Source: a virus
Taxonomy: Duplodnaviria > Caudoviricetes
Reading direction: 5' to 3' (one strand)
DNA length: 24,312 nucleotides
IMG/VR virus record: IMGVR_UViG_3300011339_000055
Location: 1-24,312 of that record
A model generated the notes under the pieces. It worked only from the letters and a program-made list of their open reading frames with translations. It ran no database searches and was not told the origin of the DNA. This document shows, one piece after another, positions 1 through 8,681 of the stretch. The position numbers were made by a program, and so were the translations under genes. Within the stretch, counting starts at the first letter, position 1; every line of letters begins with the position of its first letter.

Positions 1-1374
1 AGGTATCACAACGATCCCGTGCTGTTTGTCAAGGAGGTGCTGGGTGTAGACCCTGACCCGTGGCAAGAGAAGTTCTTGGGGGCAATAGCGCGGGGGGATC
101 GAAAGATCAGCGTGCGATCTGGCCACGGGGTGGGAAAGAGTACGGCAAGCTCATGGGCGATGCTCTGGTACTTCATGACCCGCAGCCCTGTCAAGGTGGT
201 GGTGACTGCGCCGACCAGCAGCCAGCTTTATGACGCCATGTTTGCGGAGTTGAAGCGCTGGATCAACGCGATGCCTGCGCCATTGCAGACCCTGCTGACT
301 GTCAAGCAGGAGAGGATCGAGTTCAACGCTGCGCCCACTGAGATGTTTATCTCGGCAAGGACATCACGGGCCGAGCAGCCAGAGGCATTGCAGGGCATTC
401 ACTCTGAGTATGTGATGCTGGTGGCCGATGAGGCCAGCGGCGTGCCGGAGCAGGTGTTCGAGGCGGCGGCTGGAAGTATGTCAGGGCACAACGCCGTGAC
501 TCTGCTGCTGGGCAATCCGGTGCGGAGCAGCGGGTTTTTCTACGACACGCACACTAGGTTGGCTGGCGAGTGGACTACCTTTCAAGTGGCATGTACTGAC
601 TCGCCACGGGTGTCGGATGAGTATGTGCAAGAGATGGCCATGCGCTACGGCGAGGAAAGCAATGTCTACCGGATCAGGGTGATCGGTGAGTTTCCCAAGG
701 GTGATGATGACACTGTGATCCCGATGGACTTGCTGGAGAGTGCGCTGCACAGGGATGTGGCGGCCAGCAAGTCAGCACCGATGGTCTGGGGGCTGGATGT
801 GGCGCGGTTCGGGAGTGACCGAAGTGCCCTATGCAAGCGGCAGGGCAATGTGGTGACGGAGAGCGTCCGCACATGGAAGAATCTGGACTTGATGCAATTG
901 ACGGGGGCGGTGGTGGCCGAGTACCAGGTTCTGCCGCCGAGTGAGCAGCCCAAGGAAATACTGGTGGACAGCATCGGCTTGGGGGCTGGGGTGGTGGATC
1001 GGCTGCGGGAATTGGGCCTGCCGGCGCGGGGGATCAATGTGAGTGAAAGCCCTGCGATGGGCGGGACATACCGGAATCTGAAGGCAGAGCTTTGGTACAG
1101 GGCCAAGGCGTGGCTGGAGGCGCGGGACTGCAAGCTGGCCAAGGATGATGTGCTGATCAGTGAGTTGGCGACTGTGCGCTACACCTTCACCAGCAATGGC
1201 AAAATCGCCATTGAGGGCAAGGACGAGATCAAAAAGAGGGGTCTGCCGTCACCGGACAAGGCCGATGCCTTTGTGCTGACTTTTGCAAGCGATGCGATCA
1301 CGGGGATGTACGGGAGTGCGGCCAGCAGCAAGTGGAGCCAGCCGATACGCCGAAACCTGTCGAGGGTTGCATAA
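1..1374 (+). CDS. terL: Terminase large subunit, probably 5'-truncated by the window edge
   Basis: Frame is open from base 1 (RYHNDPVLFVKEVLG...). Q-motif DPWQ, Walker A SGHGVGKS, Walker B MLVADEASG, coupling motif GNP, RNase H-like nuclease motifs WGLDVARFGSD and SPDKADA. Confidence 0.96.
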   Translation, partial: RYHNDPVLFVKEVLGVDPDPWQEKFLGAIARGDRKISVRSGHGVGKSTASSWAMLWYFMTRSPVKVVVTAPTSSQLYDAMFAELKRWINAMPAPLQTLLTVKQERIEFNAAPTEMFISARTSRAEQPEALQGIHSEYVMLVADEASGVPEQVFEAAAGSMSGHNAVTLLLGNPVRSSGFFYDTHTRLAGEWTTFQVACTDSPRVSDEYVQEMAMRYGEESNVYRIRVIGEFPKGDDDTVIPMDLLESALHRDVAASKSAPMVWGLDVARFGSDRSALCKRQGNVVTESVRTWKNLDLMQLTGAVVAEYQVLPPSEQPKEILVDSIGLGAGVVDRLRELGLPARGINVSESPAMGGTYRNLKAELWYRAKAWLEARDCKLAKDDVLISELATVRYTFTSNGKIAIEGKDEIKKRGLPSPDKADAFVLTFASDAITGMYGSAASSKWSQPIRRNLSRVA

Positions 1375-1406
1375 TTGGGGTATCTTTAAAACCAACGGGA
1401 GAATTT

Positions 1407-1886
1407 ATGGCAACGCTAAGTCGCACCATGAGCCAGGTCATGGACAGGGAAGAGGGCGAGGACATGAGCGCAGGCGAGAACTGCCCTATGCCCACGCAAG
1501 ACATCACGCTCAATCTAAAGAATCGGGCCAAGGCGATCACCACAGCGGCGTATGGCCCTGAGAATCCCAAGCTGCCAAACGAGGCTTTCTGGCGCAAGAA
1601 AGCAGACCAGTGGGATGTGAGCATTGAGGACTCAAAGCAAAGCCTGTGCGGTAACTGCGCGGCATTCAATGTCTCTGACGAGATTAAAAATTGCATTGCC
1701 GAGGGCATCGGCATGGAGGCCGACCCTTGGGGCACGATCAAGCTGGCCGATCTGGGCTATTGCGAGATCTTTGATTTCAAGTGCGCAGCCAGCCGGACAT
1801 GCGATGCATGGGTGGTGGGCGGCCCGAACACGGGCGAGCAAGAGGGTGAAGAATCTGAAAACTACGAAGAGGGAGAAGAGGAATGA
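1407..1886 (+). CDS. Cys-rich protein with HiPIP-like metal/Fe-S-binding motif and acidic tail
   Basis: ATG at 1407 preceded by GGGAG (preferred over the track start 1332, which overlaps terL). Seven Cys including CGNC...GYCEIF...RTCDAW. Function is inferred. Confidence 0.6.
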   Translation: MATLSRTMSQVMDREEGEDMSAGENCPMPTQDITLNLKNRAKAITTAAYGPENPKLPNEAFWRKKADQWDVSIEDSKQSLCGNCAAFNVSDEIKNCIAEGIGMEADPWGTIKLADLGYCEIFDFKCAASRTCDAWVVGGPNTGEQEGEESENYEEGEEE

Positions 1887-2035
1887 AAGGTCTATATGCA
1901 AACATTCATGCAAAACGCGAAAGAATCGCTGCTGGCTCTAAAGAGAAAATGCGCAAGCCTGGTGCTAAAGGTGCGCCCAGCGCTGGTGACTTTAAGGCAG
2001 CGGCTAAAACAGCTAAGCCAGTAAAGAAAAAATGA
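1883..2035 (+). CDS. Small Lys/Ala-rich basic protein (50 aa), absent from the ORF track
   Basis: Manual translation MKGLYANIHAKRERIAAGSKEKMRKPGAKGAPSAGDFKAAAKTAKPVKKK*. ATGA overlaps at both ends (1883-1886 and 2032-2035) and it fills the gap exactly. Purine-rich GGGAGAAGAGG upstream. Confidence 0.85.
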   Translation: MKGLYANIHAKRERIAAGSKEKMRKPGAKGAPSAGDFKAAAKTAKPVKKK

Positions 2036-2727
2036 TCTGCCCGATTGTCATTGCAACCGTCAGGGGGCATGGCCTAGCGGTGCTGCTGGAGTCGATCAAG
2101 CAGTACGCGCCAGAGTGTCCGGTCTACCTGCGGGGGCCAGAGTCGGTGCTTGAGAATTTTGAGGCTGACTTCAAGATCTACGGCCAGCCAAGGAACTTTG
2201 GCGATGACTACAACGAGGTGATTGAGGCCGCACTGAAGGATTGGTCATCATGCATCGTGGCCAACGATGACATTGTGCTGACGCCGACCAGCGTGAAGGT
2301 GCTGATGGAGGATGTGGCGATTATTAAGACCATGCACAGCGTCAAGGCCGGCTGGGTTGCATCAAGGACTGATGCGGCGCGGCCTTGTCAGAATGTGAGG
2401 ATTACTGAGAAACCGGAGAAGATGCACTTTTACAAGTTTCCGTCCGAGGCCCACATCAAGATGGCCGAGGAAGTCAGCCCGATCTTTGCGTGGATTTCGG
2501 GTGAGGCTTTTGAGACGGCAAAGTTTCCCCCTCTGAATTGGTACTCAGATGATGTGCATTGTAGGGATTTGATTGAAAAAGGCTACTCACATTTTGTGTC
2601 GGCCAGCTATGTCCACCACATCGGCAGCAACACAATTGGCTTTGATGCCAACAAATTGCACAACGATGCACTGCCGTGGCTTAAAGAAAATCGTCCAACT
2701 TACGCAAAGGCATGGTTTGATTCTTAA
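2032..2727 (+). CDS. Glycosyltransferase, GT-A fold (family 2-like)
   Basis: N-terminal strand IVIAT followed by LLESIKQYAP, NFGDDYN, DxD-like CIVANDDIVL, WYSDD (acceptor-base motif) and VHHIGSNT, in the order typical of GT2 enzymes. Confidence 0.8.
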   Translation: MICPIVIATVRGHGLAVLLESIKQYAPECPVYLRGPESVLENFEADFKIYGQPRNFGDDYNEVIEAALKDWSSCIVANDDIVLTPTSVKVLMEDVAIIKTMHSVKAGWVASRTDAARPCQNVRITEKPEKMHFYKFPSEAHIKMAEEVSPIFAWISGEAFETAKFPPLNWYSDDVHCRDLIEKGYSHFVSASYVHHIGSNTIGFDANKLHNDALPWLKENRPTYAKAWFDS

Positions 2728-3235
2728 TTTAGGCTCAGGCAAGGATTGGCGTGAGGATTGCTTGAATGCAGATATTCAGGCGAGGGTCAAACCCGATTGG
2801 CTGCTGGACATCACAAAAGTCAATTGGGGCGATGTACTCAAGACCCGCAAGGGGCTGCTGACAATTGAGCGCGGCATGTTTGATGTGATCTTGGCCAATG
2901 ACATCTTGGAGCATTTGCCAGATTTAGTTACCGCCATGACCAATTGCAAGGAATTGCTGAAGGTGGGCGGGGAAATGCGGATTCATGTGCCCTACGAGTT
3001 GAGCCTTGGGGCTTGGCAAGACCCGACCCATGTCAGGGCATTTAACGAGAACTCTTGGCGGTATTACACCGATTGGCATTGGTACTTAGGCTGGCCAGAC
3101 AGGTTTGAGTTAACCATGCTGGAAATGCGTCTCTCAAAGCTGGGAGAAGCACTAGAATTGCCACAAGACGAAATTATCCGCACCCCGAGGGCTGTGGACT
3201 CCATGTATGTGGTACTTAAAAAGGTCAAGCCATGA
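2717..3235 (+). CDS. Class I SAM-dependent methyltransferase (small-molecule/sugar type)
   Basis: Likely TTG start at 2717 after AAAGG. Motif I LNLGSG, NADI, FDVILANDILEHL, LLKVGGEMRIHVP, WQDPTH. No DPPY/NPPY or PC motif of DNA methyltransferases. Confidence 0.85.
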   Translation: MILNLGSGKDWREDCLNADIQARVKPDWLLDITKVNWGDVLKTRKGLLTIERGMFDVILANDILEHLPDLVTAMTNCKELLKVGGEMRIHVPYELSLGAWQDPTHVRAFNENSWRYYTDWHWYLGWPDRFELTMLEMRLSKLGEALELPQDEIIRTPRAVDSMYVVLKKVKP

Positions 3236-5448
3236 TTGAAAACATCACCGAAAATCTATCTACGGACATTGCAGCTACCGAGCCGATGGACGATGCGGAA
3301 CTGCAAGCAATCATTACCCAAGACCTGACCGATGCGGTGAGTTATGTGGACAGCGACCTGTCGCCCACACGGGCCAAGGGGACTGAGTACTACCGAGGTG
3401 ACCTGTTTGGTAACGAGGTCGATGGCAACAGCAAGGTGGTGGCGATGGAGGTGCGCGACACTGTCAGCGCCATGCTGCCCAGCCTGATGCGGGTGTTTTT
3501 CAGTTCTGAGAATGTTGTCGAGTTTGCCCCTCGTGGGCCAGAAGATGTGAAGATGGCGCAGCAGGCGACAGATTACTCAAACTATGTATTCCAGAACGAT
3601 AACAGCGGATTTTTAACGACTTACGCAATTTTCAAGGATGCGCTGGTCAGGAAATGCGGCATTGCAAAATTCTGGTGGGAAGATGAAGAAAAGGTTCGAA
3701 TTGAGGAGTATTCGGGTCTGGATGACCAGACGCTAGAGATGCTGATGCAGGAGCCTGGGGCTGAGGTCAAGATCGTGGTGTCCTACCCAGACCCAGATAT
3801 TGACGAGATGCAGATGACCACCATTGACCCGATGACGGGCCAGCCGGTGGCAATGCCAGCGCCAATGATTCACGATGTGCAGATCAAGCGCATCACTAAG
3901 GATGGCCGCATCAGAATCATGGCTGTGCCGCCTGAAGAGTTGTTGCTTGACCGGCGTGCCCGATCATTTGACGATTCCACCATCATTGCCCACAGGCAGA
4001 TGGCCACTGTGGCCGACCTGATTGCGATGGGCTACGACCAAGACGAGATTGAAGAGAATCTGTCAACGACAGACTTGGACAGCAATGATGAGTACTTGGC
4101 GCGTCAGCCACTGAGTACGACATTTGGCACGAATGACGCGGCCAACCCAATGATGCGCAGGGTTCTGTACATCGAGGCGTATTCCCGTGTGGACTTCGAC
4201 AATGACGGCATTGCCGAGTTGCGCAAGGTCTGCTGCATGGGCGGTGGCTACAAGGTGGTCAGGAATCTGCCGGCCAGCTACATCCCGTTTGCTGACTTCC
4301 CCTGCGACCCCGAGCCACACACAAGCCCCCTTGAGGCCATGTCAATATTTGACATCACCCGTGACCTGCAAGAGATCAAGTCTGAAATTCTGCGCAATAC
4401 GCTGGACAGCTTGGCTCAGTCGATCCACCCGCGCACGGCGGTGGTTGAGGGCCAAGTAAACATTGACGATGTGCTGAACAACGAGACGGGCGCGATTATC
4501 CGCATGCGTGCGCCTGGCATGGTTCAACCGCTGACCACCCCATTTGTTGGCCAGGCCGCATTCCCGATGATGGAATACATGGATCAGATCAAGGAAGACC
4601 GCACCGGCATGAGCAAGGCGGCGATGGGTCTGAACGCTGACGCACTGCAATCGTCCACCAAAGCAGCGGTCAACGCGACTATCAGTGCCAGCCAGGGCCG
4701 CATTGAGTTGACGGCACGCATTCTGGCCGAGGGCATGAAAAAACTGTTCAAGGGCATCTTGTTCTTGGCCACAACGCACCAAGACAAAGCACGCATGGTG
4801 CGGATGCGCAACGAGTGGGTGCAAATTGATCCAAGGTCTTGGGACGCCAACATGGACGCCAACATCAATATTGCCTTGGGCAATGGCGACACCAACGAGC
4901 GTTTGCAAGCGCTGATGATGATCTTGGGCAAGCAAGAGCAAATCTTGCAGCAGCTTGGCCCACAAAACCCATTGGTCACGCCACAGCAGTTCTCCAACAC
5001 CTTGCGCAAGATCGTGGAGTTGTCTGGGTTCAAGGACTCGACCAGCTATTTCCAGAGCATTTCTGCCGACTATGTGCCGCCAACGCCACCTGCGCCCAAG
5101 GCTACTCCAGAGGAATTGCTGGCACAGGTGCAGGCCGAGTCCATTCAGGCCGACATCCAGAAGAAGGCGGCAGAGTTGGAATTGAAACGCCAGCAAATGG
5201 TCATGGATGACGATTTGGCACGGGACAGAATGGCCCAAGACCTGTATCTCAAAAAGTATGAAATTGAGTTAAAGTACAAGTCACAGATCAGTACGGCTGA
5301 GATCGATGCGGCTCAGAATATTGATCGTGAAGCAATTCGTCAGCAAGCGGTACTGGCCCAGCAGCAGGCGGCTCAGTTTATTGAGCAGCAGCAGCCCCCG
5401 ATGCCGCCGATGATGAATCCATCAACCTTTAACGGAATGGCACAGTAG
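3232..5448 (+). CDS. Portal protein (P22-like, long C-terminal coiled-coil barrel)
   Basis: 738 aa between terminase and scaffold/capsid. EYYRG, FAPRGPED, KDALVRKCG, D-LQEIKS, RTGMSKAAMG motifs. Q/A/E-rich helical C-terminus. Confidence 0.9.
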   Translation: MIENITENLSTDIAATEPMDDAELQAIITQDLTDAVSYVDSDLSPTRAKGTEYYRGDLFGNEVDGNSKVVAMEVRDTVSAMLPSLMRVFFSSENVVEFAPRGPEDVKMAQQATDYSNYVFQNDNSGFLTTYAIFKDALVRKCGIAKFWWEDEEKVRIEEYSGLDDQTLEMLMQEPGAEVKIVVSYPDPDIDEMQMTTIDPMTGQPVAMPAPMIHDVQIKRITKDGRIRIMAVPPEELLLDRRARSFDDSTIIAHRQMATVADLIAMGYDQDEIEENLSTTDLDSNDEYLARQPLSTTFGTNDAANPMMRRVLYIEAYSRVDFDNDGIAELRKVCCMGGGYKVVRNLPASYIPFADFPCDPEPHTSPLEAMSIFDITRDLQEIKSEILRNTLDSLAQSIHPRTAVVEGQVNIDDVLNNETGAIIRMRAPGMVQPLTTPFVGQAAFPMMEYMDQIKEDRTGMSKAAMGLNADALQSSTKAAVNATISASQGRIELTARILAEGMKKLFKGILFLATTHQDKARMVRMRNEWVQIDPRSWDANMDANINIALGNGDTNERLQALMMILGKQEQILQQLGPQNPLVTPQQFSNTLRKIVELSGFKDSTSYFQSISADYVPPTPPAPKATPEELLAQVQAESIQADIQKKAAELELKRQQMVMDDDLARDRMAQDLYLKKYEIELKYKSQISTAEIDAAQNIDREAIRQQAVLAQQQAAQFIEQQQPPMPPMMNPSTFNGMAQ

Positions 5449-5711
5449 TGACAAATGAAGACCAGGTAAATAAGGGCCGCAAGGCCAAGCAGTTACTTGA
5501 GGACGAAACCCTCAACACTGCGATTGCAAAATTGGAAAACGACCAACTTTGGGCATTTCGATCCTCGAAACCCGAAGAGTCTGTGAAGAGAGAGACAGCG
5601 TGGTGCATGATGCAGGCCATTGATGGCTTGCGGCAAGAGTTGATCCGGATCATGGACAACGGCAAGATTGCACAGGCCGCTATCTCAAAATCACAGAAAA
5701 ATCTAATTTAA
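5448..5711 (+). CDS. Small helical head-module protein of unknown function
   Basis: GTG start overlaps the portal TAG. 87 aa, fills the portal-scaffold gap. Confidence 0.7.
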   Translation: MTNEDQVNKGRKAKQLLEDETLNTAIAKLENDQLWAFRSSKPEESVKRETAWCMMQAIDGLRQELIRIMDNGKIAQAAISKSQKNLI

Positions 5712-5720
5712 GAAAATACT

Positions 5721-6701
5721 ATGGCAGAAATACAAGCAACGAATTTGGCCGATGCGGCCAGTGCTATCTCGGCAATGTTGGCCCCTGAAGAAGGACAAGC
5801 AGAACTTGACGAGACGCAGCCAGCCGAGGTGTCCGAAGAGGATACTGAGGCAGCGGCCTCTGAGGAGGATGACTCTGGTGTGGAAGACGCGCTAGAGGAA
5901 GAAACCTCGGAGGAACAGTCTGGAGAAGAGGAAGAGTCAGAGGAGCAAGAACAGCCACAGACTTTCACTGTCAAAGTAGACGGCAAGGAAGTTTCTGTCA
6001 CGCTGGACGAGCTACAAAAAGGCTATTCAAGGACTCAGGACTACACCCGAAAAACGCAGCAGATTGCCGAAGTGCGCAAGCAAGTCGAGCAAGAAACGCA
6101 GGCAGTTCGGGCCGAGCGTGGACAGTACGCTCAATTGTTGGGAGCATTGCAAGCCCAGCTTCAGGCTTCAGAGCCGCAGGTCGATTTGGATCGTCTTTAC
6201 AACGAAGACCCAATCGAGTGGGTGCGGCAAAAAGAGGTTTTGCGGGATCGACAGGAGAAGGCATACGCTATTCAGGCCGAACAGCAGCGTCTTAACCAGT
6301 TAATGCAGCAAGAGCAGCAGCAGTCTATGCAGCAGCATCTAGAGAGCCAAAAGGATGCGCTGTTGGCGGCACTGCCAGAGTGGAAGGACGCAAAGAAAGC
6401 AAAGCTCGAAAAAGCGATGCTGATTGAGTCTGCCAAGTCTGCCGGTTTTTCTGATGAAGATTTGAAGAGTGTTTACGATCACCGGCTGGTTTTACTGCTG
6501 CGAAAAGCGGCACTGTTTGACCAGATGGTAAGTAAGCGTCAAGGCATCAAGCCTGTGGTGAACAATGGCCCACGACCAGCCAAGCCAGGTGCAGCGGGTC
6601 GGGTTTCGACAACAAGTGAGAGTGTTCGTGCAAAGCAGCGTCTTGCAAAAACCGGCCGCATCGATGATGCGGTATCTGCAATTGAACTTTTATTGAAATG
6701 A
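5721..6701 (+). CDS. Capsid scaffolding protein
   Basis: Very acidic disordered N-terminus, VKVDGKEVSVTLDELQKGYSRTQDYTRKTQ motif, coiled-coil middle and basic C-terminal helix. Lies directly before the capsid gene. Confidence 0.88.
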   Translation: MAEIQATNLADAASAISAMLAPEEGQAELDETQPAEVSEEDTEAAASEEDDSGVEDALEEETSEEQSGEEEESEEQEQPQTFTVKVDGKEVSVTLDELQKGYSRTQDYTRKTQQIAEVRKQVEQETQAVRAERGQYAQLLGALQAQLQASEPQVDLDRLYNEDPIEWVRQKEVLRDRQEKAYAIQAEQQRLNQLMQQEQQQSMQQHLESQKDALLAALPEWKDAKKAKLEKAMLIESAKSAGFSDEDLKSVYDHRLVLLLRKAALFDQMVSKRQGIKPVVNNGPRPAKPGAAGRVSTTSESVRAKQRLAKTGRIDDAVSAIELLLK

Positions 6702-6708
6702 GGAAATT

Positions 6709-7671
6709 ATGGCTATCGTAAGCAATACATTCCTGACTTACTCTGCAAAGGGTATTCGGGAAGATCTTAGCAATGTGATCACCAACATTGCGCCTGAAGA
6801 AACCCCTTACATGAGCAACATTGGACGCGAGAATGTGTCCAATAGCTTGTTTGAGTGGCAAACCGACACATTGGCCGCAGCCGCTGCCAATGCACAGCTT
6901 GAGGGTGACGATGTTGCATCGTTTGACTCTGTAACTGCTACTGTGCGTCTGCAAAACTACGCACAGATTTCACGCAAGACGATCATCCTGTCTGCCACTG
7001 AAGAAGTGGTGAACAAGGCTGGCCGCCGTAGCGAACTGGCTTACCAGATCGCAAAGCGTGGTTCTGAGTTGAAGCGCGATCAAGAGTTTGTCATGCTGAA
7101 CGGCGGTATCGCTGTTTCTGGTGACTCTACGACTGCCCGTGTGACTGCATCTCTGGGCGCGTTTGTGAAAACAAACACCGACAAGCAGACTAACGGCACT
7201 GATCCATCGTACACAACGCTGCCAAACAGCGCCCGTACCGATGGCAATGTGCGCACCTTCACTGAAACCATTCTCAAGAATGTGATTCAGAAGGTGTGGA
7301 CAGCCGGCGGTACACCGAAGATCCTGATGTGCGGCCCTGTGAACAAGCAGCGCGTATCAGGTTTCTCCGGCATTGCCTCCAGCCGTTTCAACATTGACGG
7401 CGGCGCAAAGCCTGCCACATTGATCGGTGCAGTGGACATTTATGTCTCTGACTTCGGCAATGTGTCTGTGATTGCCAACCGCTTCCAGCGTGAGCGTGAT
7501 GCGTGGGTGATCGATCCTGACTACGCCAAGATGACTGTGCTGCGTCCTTACCAGCAAGTCGAACTGGCCAAGACAGGTGACGCTGAGAAGCGCATGCTGA
7601 TCGTTGAGTGGGGTCATAAAGTGCTGGCTGAAAATGCCCACGGCCTGGCCGCTGACTTGATTACTTCTTAA
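6709..7671 (+). CDS. Major capsid protein (DUF5309/SU10-like, HK97 fold)
   Basis: REDLSNVITNIAPEETP, FEWQTD, EGDD, NYAQISRK, AGRRSELAYQ, YVSDFG, LAKTGD motifs. GAGGA RBS, biased codon usage, followed by a terminator. Confidence 0.93.
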   Translation: MAIVSNTFLTYSAKGIREDLSNVITNIAPEETPYMSNIGRENVSNSLFEWQTDTLAAAAANAQLEGDDVASFDSVTATVRLQNYAQISRKTIILSATEEVVNKAGRRSELAYQIAKRGSELKRDQEFVMLNGGIAVSGDSTTARVTASLGAFVKTNTDKQTNGTDPSYTTLPNSARTDGNVRTFTETILKNVIQKVWTAGGTPKILMCGPVNKQRVSGFSGIASSRFNIDGGAKPATLIGAVDIYVSDFGNVSVIANRFQRERDAWVIDPDYAKMTVLRPYQQVELAKTGDAEKRMLIVEWGHKVLAENAHGLAADLITS

Positions 7672-7684
7672 CAGTAAGCAACGG

Positions 7685-7714
7685 AAAGGGCCAGAGAAAT
7701 CTGGCCCTTTTTTT
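7685..7714 (+). terminator. Rho-independent terminator after the capsid gene
   Basis: Perfect 11-bp stem AAAGGGCCAGA / TCTGGCCCTTT with GAAA tetraloop, running into a 7-T tract. Confidence 0.92.
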
Positions 7715-7716
7715 AA

Positions 7717-8034
7717 ATGATTCACAAAAGATTACTTAGCGAAAACAAAGATCAAGGCATCTCGCGTTACTGGCATGAAAACCCAGAAACTGGCGATGTG
7801 ACGATCCAAACAGAACAAGATGTGACGGCGGTTATTGAGGCCAACAAGGCCATCTACAACGCTGTTGACGGCAAGGCCAACTGGAACGGTGAGTGGCACT
7901 TGGTGGCATCTATCCCAGAGGCTCTCTATTACAAGATGAAGGCCGAGGGCAAGATCGATGATCAAGAGTACATGAAGCGCTGGCTCAATGACGCCGATAA
8001 CCAATTTTTTAGAACACGACCTGGGAAAGTATGA
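7717..8034 (+). CDS. Hypothetical head-module protein (105 aa)
   Basis: Intact ORF filling the space between the terminator and the next gene, with which it has an ATGA overlap. No clear Shine-Dalgarno. Confidence 0.72.
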   Translation: MIHKRLLSENKDQGISRYWHENPETGDVTIQTEQDVTAVIEANKAIYNAVDGKANWNGEWHLVASIPEALYYKMKAEGKIDDQEYMKRWLNDADNQFFRTRPGKV

Positions 8035-8681
8035 ACTACATTGCCGTTTGCACCCCTGCCCGTGATCAGGTTCACACCAATTACACCTACTGTATGGTTA
8101 ATTTGGTCGCATTTCACACGCTCAACACCACAGACGCAATCAGTCTGAAATTGATGCAAGGCACAATTATCCAAAACCAAAGGGCTGACCTTTGCTTGGA
8201 CGCGATGGCCGAAGGCTGCACGCACATCCTTTTCATTGACTCTGACATGACCTTCCCACAGGACATGGTGGGCAGGCTCTTGGCCCACGACAAACCCATC
8301 GTGGCAGCCAACTGCGCACGGCGCAGGATGCCAACTGGCCCGACTGCCCAAAATTATGACGCCGAAGGCAAGCGCAAATCGGTCTACACTATGCCAGAAT
8401 CTACTGGATTGGAAGAGGTGGGAAGCATTGGTACTGGCATAATGCTGATCAAGCGCGAAGTGTTTGAAGGCATGAGTGAGCCGTGGTTTGATATGCCGTG
8501 GCAGACCACACGGGGCTACATGGGCGAGGATGTGTTTTTCTGTAAAAAAGCGCAAGAGCTTGGCTACAAAATCTACATCGACCATGATGTCTCCAAGGAA
8601 ATCGGCCACATTGGGACATTTGAATTTCGCCATGACCACACCTGGATAGTCAAAGAGGAAATGGAAAAAGAGGCTCAATAA
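8031..8681 (+). CDS. Glycosyltransferase, GT-A fold (second, dissimilar to 2032-2727)
   Basis: IAVCTP strand, IQNQRA, THILFIDSDMTF (DxD), GTGIMLIKREVF, GEDVFFC, IGHIG. Confidence 0.85.
   Translation: MNYIAVCTPARDQVHTNYTYCMVNLVAFHTLNTTDAISLKLMQGTIIQNQRADLCLDAMAEGCTHILFIDSDMTFPQDMVGRLLAHDKPIVAANCARRRMPTGPTAQNYDAEGKRKSVYTMPESTGLEEVGSIGTGIMLIKREVFEGMSEPWFDMPWQTTRGYMGEDVFFCKKAQELGYKIYIDHDVSKEIGHIGTFEFRHDHTWIVKEEMEKEAQ

Noticed and set aside
1367-1390. Possible sigma70 promoter (TTGCAT / CATAAT / TATCTT) after terL
   Set aside because: The candidate -35 and -10 hexamers overlap or are wrongly spaced, so it cannot be supported from sequence alone.
2022-2035. A-rich run as a -1 frameshift fusing the basic peptide to the glycosyltransferase
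   Set aside because: The in-frame heptamer is G AAA AAA, not a canonical X XXY YYZ. It is explained by Lys codons and an ordinary ATGA overlap.
2717-3235. Methyltransferase as a DNA (anti-restriction) methylase
   Set aside because: Lacks the DPPY/NPPY and PC catalytic motifs and is too short to hold a target-recognition domain.
7640-7720. T7-style capsid frameshift or read-through extension
   Set aside because: No slippery site seen near the 3' end. TAA is followed by a second in-frame TAA two codons later and then a terminator.
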